Assembly: GCF_009914755.1 (NCBI RefSeq)
Contig: NC_060946.1
Origin: the human T2T-CHM13v2.0 reference genome, Homo sapiens
Reading direction: 5' to 3' (one strand)
Length of the DNA: 64,000 nt
Shown: one piece after another, positions 40,301 through 52,900 of the stretch
Position numbering within the stretch: position 1 is the first letter of the stretch
Layout: each line of letters starts with the position of its first letter
Notes under the pieces: model-generated
Seen by the model: the letters and a program-made list of their open reading frames with translations, nothing else
What the model was told of the DNA's origin: nothing
The model's database searches: none
Translations under genes and position numbers: made by a program

Positions 40301-43300
40301 TAGTTGAGTACACACATCACAAACAAGTTTCACAGAATGCTTCTTTCTAGCTTGTAGGGGAAGATATTCCCTTTATCACCATGGGCCTCCAACCGTCCGA
40401 AACGTCCACTTCCATATACTACAAAAAGAGCGTTTCAAACCTGCTCTATGAAAGGCAATGTTCAACTCTGTGACTTGAATGCAGACATCACAGAGCAGTT
40501 TCTGAGAATGCTTCTGTCTAGATTTTATAGGAAGATATTCCCGTTTCCAACGAAATCTTCACAGCTATCCAAATATCCACTTGCAGATTCTACAAAAAGA
40601 GTGTATCAAAACTGCTCTGTCAAAAGGAAGGTTCTTCTCTGTTAGGTGAGTGCATACGTCATAAAGGAGTTTCTGAGAATGTTTCTGTCTAGTGGTTATG
40701 GGAAGATATTTGCTTTTTCACCGTAGGCCTCAGAGCGCTCCAAATATCCACTTGCACATACTACAAAAAGAGTGCCTCAGAGCTGCTCTCTGAAACGGAA
40801 TGTTCAACTCTATGAGTTGAATGCAAACATCACAAAGACGTTTCTGAGAATGCTTCTGTCTAGATTTGATATGAAGATATTCCCGTTTCCAACGAAATCT
40901 TCAAATCTATCCAAATGTCCACTTGCAGATTCAACAAAAAGTGTTTTTCAGAACTGCTCTATCAAAAGAAAGATCCACCTCTGTTAGCTGAGTTCACACA
41001 TCACAAACAAGTTTATGAGAATGCTTCTGTCTAGTTTTTATTTGAAGATATTTCCTTTCTCACCATAGACCTGAAAGCTGTCCTAATGTTCACTTCCAGA
41101 TACTACAGAAAGAGTGTTTCAAAACTGCTGTACGAAAGGGAATGTTCAACTCTGTGACTTGAATGCACACATCACAAAGAAGTTTCTGAGGATGCTGCTG
41201 TCTACTTTTTATACGTAATCCCGTTTCCAACGAAATCCTCCAAGCTATCCAAATATCCACTTGCAGATTCCACAGAAAGACTGTTTCAAAACTGCTCTGT
41301 CAATAGAAAGGTTCAACTCTGTTAGCTGCGTGCATATATCCCGAAGAAGATTCTGAGATTCCTTCTGTCTAGTTTTTATGGGAAGATATTTCCCTTTTCA
41401 CCGTAGGCGTCAAGGCGCTCCAAATGTCCACTTCCAGATACTACAAAAAGAGTGTTTCAAACCTACTCTGTGAAAGGGAATATTCAACTCTGTGACTTGA
41501 ATGCACATATCACAAAGAAGTTTCTGAGAATGCTTCTGTCGAGATTTTATATGAAGATATTCCCGTTTCCAACGAAGTCCTGAAATCTATCCAAATATCC
41601 CCTCGCAGATTCTACAAAAAGAGTGTTTCAAAACTGTTCTGTAAAAAGAAAGGTTCAACTCTGTTAGTTGAGTACACACATCACAAACAAGTATCACAGA
41701 ATGCTTCTTTCTAGCTTGTAGGGGAAGATATTCCCTTTATCACCATGGGCCTCAAACCGTCCGAAACGTCCACTTCCATATACTTCAAAAAGAGCGTTTC
41801 AAACCTGCTCTATGAAAGGCAATGTTCAACTCTGTGACTTGAATGCAGACATCACAGAGCTGTTTATGAGAATGCTTCTGTCTAGATTTTATAGGATGAT
41901 ATTCCCGTTTCCAACGAAATCTTCACAGCTATCCAAATATCCACTTGCAGATTCTACAAAAAGAGTGTATCCAAACTGCTCTGGCAAAAGGAAGGTTCTT
42001 CTCTGTTAAGTGAGTGCATACGTCATAAAGGAGTTTCTGAGAATGTTTCTGTCTAGTGGTTATGGGAAGATATTTGCTTTTTCACCGTAGGCCTCAGAGC
42101 GCTCCAAATATCCACTTGCACATACTACAAAAAGAGTGCCTCAAAGCTGCTCTCTGAAATGGAATGTTCAACTCTATGAGTTGAATGCAAACATCACAAA
42201 GACGTTTCTGAGAATGCTTCTGTCTAGATTTGATATGAAGATATTCCCGTTTCCAACGAAATCTTCAAATCTATCCAAATGTCCACTTCTATAATCAACA
42301 AAAAGTGTTTTTCAGAACTGCTCTATCAAAAGAAAGATCCACCTCTGTTAGCTGAGTTCACACATCCAAACAAGTTTATGAGAATGCTTCTGTCTAGTTT
42401 TTATTTGAAGATATTTCCTTTCTCACCATAGACCTGAAAGCTGTCCTAATGTTCACTTCCAGATACTACAGAAAGAGTGTTTAAAAACTGCTGTACGAAA
42501 GGGAATGTTCAACTCTGTGACTTGAATGCACACATCACAAAGAAGTTTCTGAGGATGCTGCTGTCTACTTTTTATACGTAATCCCGTTTCCAACGAAATC
42601 CTCCAAGCTATCCAAATATCCACTTGCAGATTCCACAGAAAGACTGTTTCAAAACTGCTCTGTCAATAGAAAGGTTCAACTCTGTTAGCTGCGTGCATAT
42701 ATCCCAAAGAAGATTCTGAGATTGCTTCTGTCTAGTTTTTATGGGAAGATATTTCCCTTTTCACCGTAGGTGTCAAGGCGCTCCAAATGTCCACTTCCAG
42801 ATACTACAAAAAGAGTGTTTCAAACCTACTCTGTGAAAAGGAATATTCAACTCTGTGACTTTAATGCACATATCACAAAGAAGTTTCTGAGAATGCTTCT
42901 GTCGAGATTTTATATGAAGATATTCCCGTTTCCAACGAAATCCTGAAATCTATCCAAATATCCCCTCGCAGATTCTACAAAAAGAGTGTTTCAAAACTGC
43001 TCTGTAAAAAGAAAGGTTCAACTCTGTTAGTTGAGTACACACATCACAAACAAGTTTCACAGAATGCTTCTTTCTAGCTTGTAGGGGAAGATATTCCCTT
43101 TATCACCATGGGCCTCCAACCGTCCGAAACGTCCACTTCCATATACTACAAAAAGAGCGTTTCAAACCTGCTCTATGAAAGGCAATGTTCAACTCTGTGA
43201 CTTGAATGCAGACATCACAGAGCAGTTTCTGAGAATGCTTCTGTCTAGATTTTATAGGAAGATATTCCCGTTTCCAACGAAATCTTCACAGCTATCCAAA

Positions 43301-46300
43301 TATCCACTTGCAGATTCTACAAAAAGAGTGTATCAAAACTGCTCTGTCAAAAGGAAGGTTCTTCTCTGTTAGGTGAGTGCATACGTCATAAAGGAGTTTC
43401 TGAGAATGTTTCTGTCTAGTGGTTATGGGAAGATATTTGCTTTTTCACCGTAGGCCTCAGAGCGCTCCAAATATCCACTTGCACATACTACAAAAAGAGT
43501 GCCTCAGAGCTGCTCTCTGAAACGGAATGTTCAACTCTATGAGTTGAATGCAAACATCACAAAGACGTTTCTGAGAATGCTTCTGTCTAGATTTGATATG
43601 AAGATATTCCCGTTTCCAACGAAATCTTCAAATCTATCCAAATGTCCACTTGCAGATTCAACAAAAAGTGTTTTTCAGAACTGCTCTATCAAAAGAAAGA
43701 TCCACCTCTGTTAGCTGAGTTCACACATCACAAACAAGTTTATGAGAATGCTTCTGTCTAGTTTTTATTTGAAGATATTTCCTTTCTCACCATAGACCTG
43801 AAAGCTGTCCTAATGTTCACTTCCAGATACTACAGAAAGAGTGTTTCAAAACTGCTGTACGAAAGGGAATGTTCAACTCTGTGACTTGAATGCACACATC
43901 ACAAAGAAGTTTCTGAGGATGCTGCTGTCTACTTTTTATACGTAATCCCGTTTCCAACGAAATCCTCCAAGCTATCCAAATATCCACTTGCAGATTCCAC
44001 AGAAAGACTGTTTCAAAACTGCTCTGTCAATAGAAAGGTTCAACTCTGTTAGCTGCGTGCATATATCCCGAAGAAGATTCTGAGATTCCTTCTGTCTAGT
44101 TTTTATGGGAAGATATTTCCCTTTTCACCGTAGGCGTCAAGGCGCTCCAAATGTCCACTTCCAGATACTACAAAAAGAGTGTTTCAAACCTACTCTGTGA
44201 AAGGGAATATTCAACTCTGTGACTTGAATGCACATATCACAAAGAAGTTTCTGAGAATGCTTCTGTCGAGATTTTATATGAAGATATTCCCGTTTCCAAC
44301 GAAATCCTGAAATCTATCCAAATATCCCCTCGCAGATTCTACAAAAAGAGTGTTTCAAAACTGTTCTGTAAAAAGAAAGGTTCAACTCTGTTAGTTGAGT
44401 ACACACATCACAAACAAGTATCACAGAATGCTTCTTTCTAGCTTGTAGGGGAAGATATTCCCTTTATCACCATGGGCCTCAAACCGTCCGAAACGTCCAC
44501 TTCCATATACTTCAAAAAGAGCGTTTCAAACCTGCTCTATGAAAGGCAATGTTCAACTCTGTGACTTGAATGCAGACATCACAGAGCTGTTTATGAGAAT
44601 GCTTCTGTCTAGATTTTATAGGATGATATTCCCGTTTCCAACGAAATCTTCACAGCTATCCAAATATCCACTTGCAGATTCTACAAAAAGAGTGTATCCA
44701 AACTGCTCTGGCAAAAGGAAGGTTCTTCTCTGTTAAGTGAGTGCATACGTCATAAAGGAGTTTCTGAGAATGTTTCTGTCTAGTGGTTATGGGAAGATAT
44801 TTGCTTTTTCACCGTAGGCCTCAGAGCGCTCCAAATATCCACTTGCACATACTACAAAAAGAGTGCCTCAAAGCTGCTCTCTGAAATGGAATGTTCAACT
44901 CTATGAGTTGAATGCAAACATCACAAAGACGTTTCTGAGAATGCTTCTGTCTAGATTTGATATGAAGATATTCCCGTTTCCAACGAAATCTTCAAATCTA
45001 TCCAAATGTCCACTTCTATAATCAACAAAAAGTGTTTTTCAGAACTGCTCTATCAAAAGAAAGATCCACCTCTGTTAGCTGAGTTCACACATCCAAACAA
45101 GTTTATGAGAATGCTTCTGTCTAGTTTTTATTTGAAGATATTTCCTTTCTCACCATAGACCTGAAAGCTGTCCTAATGTTCACTTCCAGATACTACAGAA
45201 AGAGTGTTTAAAAACTGCTGTACGAAAGGGAATGTTCAACTCTGTGACTTGAATGCACACATCACAAAGAAGTTTCTGAGGATGCTGCTGTCTACTTTTT
45301 ATACGTAATCCCGTTTCCAACGAAATCCTCCAAGCTATCCAAATATCCACTTGCAGATTCCACAGAAAGACTGTTTCAAAACTGCTCTGTCAATAGAAAG
45401 GTTCAACTCTGTTAGCTGCGTGCATATATCCCAAAGAAGATTCTGAGATTGCTTCTGTCTAGTTTTTATGGGAAGATATTTCCCTTTTCACCGTAGGTGT
45501 CAAGGCGCTCCAAATGTCCACTTCCAGATACTACAAAAAGAGTGTTTCAAACCTACTCTGTGAAAAGGAATATTCAACTCTGTGACTTTAATGCACATAT
45601 CACAAAGAAGTTTCTGAGAATGCTTCTGTCGAGATTTTATATGAAGATATTCCCGTTTCCAACGAAATCCTGAAATCTATCCAAATATCCCCTCGCAGAT
45701 TCTACAAAAAGAGTGTTTCAAAACTGCTCTGTAAAAAGAAAGGTTCAACTCTGTTAGTTGAGTACACACATCACAAACAAGTTTCACAGAATGCTTCTTT
45801 CTAGCTTGTAGGGGAAGATATTCCCTTTATCACCATGGGCCTCCAACCGTCCGAAACGTCCACTTCCATATACTACAAAAAGAGCGTTTCAAACCTGCTC
45901 TATGAAAGGCAATGTTCAACTCTGTGACTTGAATGCAGACATCACAGAGCAGTTTCTGAGAATGCTTCTGTCTAGATTTTATAGGAAGATATTCCCGTTT
46001 CCAACGAAATCTTCACAGCTATCCAAATATCCACTTGCAGATTCTACAAAAAGAGTGTATCAAAACTGCTCTGTCAAAAGGAAGGTTCTTCTCTGTTAGG
46101 TGAGTGCATACGTCATAAAGGAGTTTCTGAGAATGTTTCTGTCTAGTGGTTATGGGAAGATATTTGCTTTTTCACCGTAGGCCTCAGAGCGCTCCAAATA
46201 TCCACTTGCACATACTACAAAAAGAGTGCCTCAGAGCTGCTCTCTGAAACGGAATGTTCAACTCTATGAGTTGAATGCAAACATCACAAAGACGTTTCTG

Positions 46301-48629
46301 AGAATGCTTCTGTCTAGATTTGATATGAAGATATTCCCGTTTCCAACGAAATCTTCAAATCTATCCAAATGTCCACTTGCAGATTCAACAAAAAGTGTTT
46401 TTCAGAACTGCTCTATCAAAAGAAAGATCCACCTCTGTTAGCTGAGTTCACACATCACAAACAAGTTTATGAGAATGCTTCTGTCTAGTTTTTATTTGAA
46501 GATATTTCCTTTCTCACCATAGACCTGAAAGCTGTCCTAATGTTCACTTCCAGATACTACAGAAAGAGTGTTTCAAAACTGCTGTACGAAAGGGAATGTT
46601 CAACTCTGTGACTTGAATGCACACATCACAAAGAAGTTTCTGAGGATGCTGCTGTCTACTTTTTATACGTAATCCCGTTTCCAACGAAATCCTCCAAGCT
46701 ATCCAAATATCCACTTGCAGATTCCACAGAAAGACTGTTTCAAAACTGCTCTGTCAATAGAAAGGTTCAACTCTGTTAGCTGCGTGCATATATCCCGAAG
46801 AAGATTCTGAGATTCCTTCTGTCTAGTTTTTATGGGAAGATATTTCCCTTTTCACCGTAGGCGTCAAGGCGCTCCAAATGTCCACTTCCAGATACTACAA
46901 AAAGAGTGTTTCAAACCTACTCTGTGAAAGGGAATATTCAACTCTGTGACTTGAATGCACATATCACAAAGAAGTTTCTGAGAATGCTTCTGTCGAGATT
47001 TTATATGAAGATATTCCCGTTTCCAACGAAATCCTGAAATCTATCCAAATATCCCCTCGCAGATTCTACAAAAAGAGTGTTTCAAAACTGTTCTGTAAAA
47101 AGAAAGGTTCAACTCTGTTAGTTGAGTACACACATCACAAACAAGTATCACAGAATGCTTCTTTCTAGCTTGTAGGGGAAGATATTCCCTTTATCACCAT
47201 GGGCCTCAAACCGTCCGAAACGTCCACTTCCATATACTTCAAAAAGAGCGTTTCAAACCTGCTCTATGAAAGGCAATGTTCAACTCTGTGACTTGAATGC
47301 AGACATCACAGAGCTGTTTATGAGAATGCTTCTGTCTAGATTTTATAGGATGATATTCCCGTTTCCAACGAAATCTTCACAGCTATCCAAATATCCACTT
47401 GCAGATTCTACAAAAAGAGTGTATCCAAACTGCTCTGGCAAAAGGAAGGTTCTTCTCTGTTAAGTGAGTGCATACGTCATAAAGGAGTTTCTGAGAATGT
47501 TTCTGTCTAGTGGTTATGGGAAGATATTTGCTTTTTCACCGTAGGCCTCAGAGCGCTCCAAATATCCACTTGCACATACTACAAAAAGAGTGCCTCAAAG
47601 CTGCTCTCTGAAATGGAATGTTCAACTCTATGAGTTGAATGCAAACATCACAAAGACGTTTCTGAGAATGCTTCTGTCTAGATTTGATATGAAGATATTC
47701 CCGTTTCCAACGAAATCTTCAAATCTATCCAAATGTCCACTTCTATAATCAACAAAAAGTGTTTTTCAGAACTGCTCTATCAAAAGAAAGATCCACCTCT
47801 GTTAGCTGAGTTCACACATCCAAACAAGTTTATGAGAATGCTTCTGTCTAGTTTTTATTTGAAGATATTTCCTTTCTCACCATAGACCTGAAAGCTGTCC
47901 TAATGTTCACTTCCAGATACTACAGAAAGAGTGTTTAAAAACTGCTGTACGAAAGGGAATGTTCAACTCTGTGACTTGAATGCACACATCACAAAGAAGT
48001 TTCTGAGGATGCTGCTGTCTACTTTTTATACGTAATCCCGTTTCCAACGAAATCCTCCAAGCTATCCAAATATCCACTTGCAGATTCCACAGAAAGACTG
48101 TTTCAAAACTGCTCTGTCAATAGAAAGGTTCAACTCTGTTAGCTGCGTGCATATATCCCAAAGAAGATTCTGAGATTGCTTCTGTCTAGTTTTTATGGGA
48201 AGATATTTCCCTTTTCACCGTAGGTGTCAAGGCGCTCCAAATGTCCACTTCCAGATACTACAAAAAGAGTGTTTCAAACCTACTCTGTGAAAAGGAATAT
48301 TCAACTCTGTGACTTTAATGCACATATCAAAAAGAAGTTTCTGAGAATGCTTCTGTCGAGATTTTATATGAAGATATTCCCGTTTCCAACGAAATCCTGA
48401 AATCTATCCAAATATCCCCTCGCAGATTCTACAAAAAGAGTGTTTCAAAACTGCTCTGTAAAAAGAAAGGTTCAACTCTGTTAGTTGAGTACACACATCA
48501 CAAACAAGTTTCACAGAATGCTTCTTTCTAGCTTGTAGGGGAAGATATTCCCTTTATCACCATGGGCCTCCAACCGTCCGAAACGTCCACTTCCATATAC
48601 TACAAAAAGAGCGTTTCAAACCTGCTCTA
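31367..48629. repeat. 2727-bp HOR-dimer (16-monomer) array, block 1, ~6 copies
   Basis: Two HOR haplotypes alternate. ORF starts 32267, 34994, 37721, 40448, 43175, 45902 and 33631, 36358, 39085, 41812, 44539, 47266 are all spaced 2727 bp. Confidence 0.93.
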
Positions 48630-49994
48630 GGAAAGGCAATGTTCAACTCTGTGACTTGAATGCAGACATCACAGAGCAGTTTCTGAGAATGCTTCTGTCT
48701 AGATTTTATAGGAAGATATTCCCGTTTCCAACGAAATCTTCACAGCTATCCAAATATCCACTTGCAGATTCTACAAAAAGAGTGTATCAAAACTGCTCTG
48801 TCAAAAGGAAGGTTCTTCTCTGTTAGGTGAGTGCATACGTCATAAAGGAGTTTCTGAGAATGTTTCTGTCTAGTGGTTATGGGAAGATATTTGCTTTTTC
48901 ACCGTAGGCCTCAGAGCGCTCCAAATATCCACTTGCACATACTACAAAAAGAGTGCCTCAAAGCTGCTCTTTGAAACGGAATGTTCAACTCTATGAGTTG
49001 AATGCAAACATCACAAAGACGTTTCTGAGAATGCTTCTGTCTAGATTTGATATGAAGATATTCCCGTTTCCAACGAAATCTTCAAATCTATCCAAATGTC
49101 CACTTGCAGATTCAACAAAAAGTGTTTTTCAGAACTGCTCTATCAAAAGAAAGATCCACATCTGTTAGCTGAGTTCACACATCACAAACAAGTTTATGAG
49201 AATGCTTCTGTCTAGTTTTTATTTGAAGATATTTCCTTTCTCACCATAGACCTGAAAGCTGTCCTAATGTTCACTTCCAGATACTACAGAAAGAGTGTTT
49301 CAAAACTGCTGTATGAAAGGGAATGTTCAACTCTGTGACTTGAATGCACACATCACAAAGAAGTTTCTGAGGATGCTGCTGTCTACTTTTTATATGTAAT
49401 CCCGTTTCCAACGAAATCCTCCAAGCTATCCAAATATCCACTTGCAGATTCCACAGAAAGACTGTTTCAAAACTGCTCTGTCAATAGAAAGGTTCAACTC
49501 TGTTAGCTGCGTGCATATATCCCAAAGAAGATTCTGAGATTGCTTCTGTCTAGTTTTTATGGGAAGATATTTCCCTTTTCACCGTAGGCGTCAAGGCGCT
49601 CCAAATGTCCACTTCCAGATACTACAAAAAGAGTGTTTCAAACCTACTCTGTGAAAGGGAATATTCAACTCTGTGACTTGAATGCACATATCACAAAGAA
49701 GTTTCTGATAATGCTTCTGTCGAGATTTTATATGAAGATATTCCCGTTTCCAACGAAATCCTGAAATCTATCCAAATATCCCCTCGCAGATTCTACAAAA
49801 AGAGTGTTTCAAAACTGCTCTGTAAAAAGAAAGGTTCAACTCTGTTAGTTGAGTACACACATCACAAACAAGTTTCACAGAATGCTTCTTTCTAGCTTGT
49901 AGGGGAAGATATTCCCTTTATCACCATGGGCCTCCAACCGTCCGAAACGTCCACTTCCATATACTACAAAAAGAGCGTTTCAAACCTGCTCTAG
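48630..49994. repeat. One extra HOR-length segment of a different haplotype interrupting the dimer array
   Basis: The dimer phase shifts by 1364 (45902 to 52720 = 2x2727 + 1364). The segment carries alleles 48630G, 48971T, 49160A, 49314T, 49395T, 49709T and 49994G that are absent from the adjacent dimers. Confidence 0.88.
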
Positions 49995-52900
49995 GAAAGG
50001 CAATGTTCAACTCTGTGACTTGAATGCAGACATCACAGAGCAGTTTCTGAGAATGCTTCTGTCTAGATTTTATAGGAAGATATTCCCGTTTCCAACGAAA
50101 TCTTCACAGCTATCCAAATATCCACTTGCAGATTCTACAAAAAGAGTGTATCAAAACTGCTCTGTCAAAAGGAAGGTTCTTCTCTGTTAGGTGAGTGCAT
50201 ACGTCATAAAGGAGTTTCTGAGAATGTTTCTGTCTAGTGGTTATGGGAAGATATTTGCTTTTTCACCGTAGGCCTCAGAGCGCTCCAAATATCCACTTGC
50301 ACATACTACAAAAAGAGTGCCTCAGAGCTGCTCTCTGAAACGGAATGTTCAACTCTATGAGTTGAATGCAAACATCACAAAGACGTTTCTGAGAATGCTT
50401 CTGTCTAGATTTGATATGAAGATATTCCCGTTTCCAACGAAATCTTCAAATCTATCCAAATGTCCACTTGCAGATTCAACAAAAAGTGTTTTTCAGAACT
50501 GCTCTATCAAAAGAAAGATCCACCTCTGTTAGCTGAGTTCACACATCACAAACAAGTTTATGAGAATGCTTCTGTCTAGTTTTTATTTGAAGATATTTCC
50601 TTTCTCACCATAGACCTGAAAGCTGTCCTAATGTTCACTTCCAGATACTACAGAAAGAGTGTTTCAAAACTGCTGTACGAAAGGGAATGTTCAACTCTGT
50701 GACTTGAATGCACACATCACAAAGAAGTTTCTGAGGATGCTGCTGTCTACTTTTTATACGTAATCCCGTTTCCAACGAAATCCTCCAAGCTATCCAAATA
50801 TCCACTTGCAGATTCCACAGAAAGACTGTTTCAAAACTGCTCTGTCAATAGAAAGGTTCAACTCTGTTAGCTGCGTGCATATATCCCGAAGAAGATTCTG
50901 AGATTCCTTCTGTCTAGTTTTTATGGGAAGATATTTCCCTTTTCACCGTAGGCGTCAAGGCGCTCCAAATGTCCACTTCCAGATACTACAAAAAGAGTGT
51001 TTCAAACCTACTCTGTGAAAGGGAATATTCAACTCTGTGACTTGAATGCACATATCACAAAGAAGTTTCTGAGAATGCTTCTGTCGAGATTTTATATGAA
51101 GATATTCCCGTTTCCAACGAAATCCTGAAATCTATCCAAATATCCCCTCGCAGATTCTACAAAAAGAGTGTTTCAAAACTGTTCTGTAAAAAGAAAGGTT
51201 CAACTCTGTTAGTTGAGTACACACATCACAAACAAGTATCACAGAATGCTTCTTTCTAGCTTGTAGGGGAAGATATTCCCTTTATCACCATGGGCCTCAA
51301 ACCGTCCGAAACGTCCACTTCCATATACTACAAAAAGAGCGTTTCAAACCTGCTCTATGAAAGGCAATGTTCAACTCTGTGACTTGAATGCAGACATCAC
51401 AGAGCAGTTTCTGAGAATGCTTCTGTCTAGATTTTATAGGAAGATATTCCCGTTTCCAACGAAATCTTCACAGCTATCCAAATATCCACTTGCAGATTCT
51501 ACAAAAAGAGTGTATCCAAACTGCTCTGGCAAAAGGAAGGTTCTTCTCTGTTAAGTGAGTGCATACGTCATAAAGGAGTTTCTGAGAATGTTTCTGTCTA
51601 GTGGTTATGGGAAGATATTTGCTTTTTCACCGTAGGCCTCAGAGCGCTCCAAATATCCACTTGCACATACTACAAAAAGAGTGCCTCAAAGCTGCTCTCT
51701 GAAATGGAATGTTCAACTCTATGAGTTGAATGCAAACATCACAAAGACGTTTCTGAGAATGCTTCTGTCTAGATTTGATATGAAGATATTCCCGTTTCCA
51801 ACGAAATCTTCAAATCTATCCAAATGTCCACTTCTATAATCAACAAAAAGTGTTTTTCAGAACTGCTCTATCAAAAGAAAGATCCACCTCTGTTAGCTGA
51901 GTTCACACATCCAAACAAGTTTATGAGAATGCTTCTGTCTAGTTTTTATTTGAAGATATTTCCTTTCTCACCATAGACCTGAAAGCTGTCCTAATGTTCA
52001 CTTCCAGATACTACAGAAAGAGTGTTTAAAAACTGCTGTACGAAAGGGAATGTTCAACTCTGTGACTTGAATGCACACATCACAAAGAAGTTTCTGAGGA
52101 TGCTGCTGTCTACTTTTTATACGTAATCCCGTTTCCAACGAAATCCTCCAAGCTATCCAAATATCCACTTGCAGATTCCACAGAAAGACTGTTTCAAAAC
52201 TGCTCTGTCAATAGAAAGGTTCAACTCTGTTAGCTGCGTGCATATATCCCAAAGAAGATTCTGAGATTGCTTCTGTCTAGTTTTTATGGGAAGATATTTC
52301 CCTTTTCACCGTAGGTGTCAAGGCGCTCCAAATGTCCACTTCCAGATACTACAAAAAGAGTGTTTCAAACCTACTCTGTGAAAAGGAATATTCAACTCTG
52401 TGACTTTAATGCACATATCACAAAGAAGTTTCTGAGAATGCTTCTGTCGAGATTTTATATGAAGATATTCCCGTTTCCAACGAAATCCTGAAATCTATCC
52501 AAATATCCCCTCGCAGATTCTACAAAAAGAGTGTTTCAAAACTGCTCTGTAAAAAGAAAGGTTCAACTCTGTTAGTTGAGTACACACATCACAAACAAGT
52601 TTCACAGAATGCTTCTTTCTAGCTTGTAGGGGAAGATATTCCCTTTATCACCATGGGCCTCCAACCGTCCGAAACGTCCACTTCCATATACTACAAAAAG
52701 AGCGTTTCAAACCTGCTCTATGAAAGGCAATGTTCAACTCTGTGACTTGAATGCAGACATCACAGAGCAGTTTCTGAGAATGCTTCTGTCTAGATCTTAT
52801 AGGAAGATATTCCCGTTTCCAACGAAATCTTCACAGCTATCCAAATATCCACTTGCAGATTCTACAAAAAGAGTGTATCAAAACTGCTCTGTCAAAAGGA

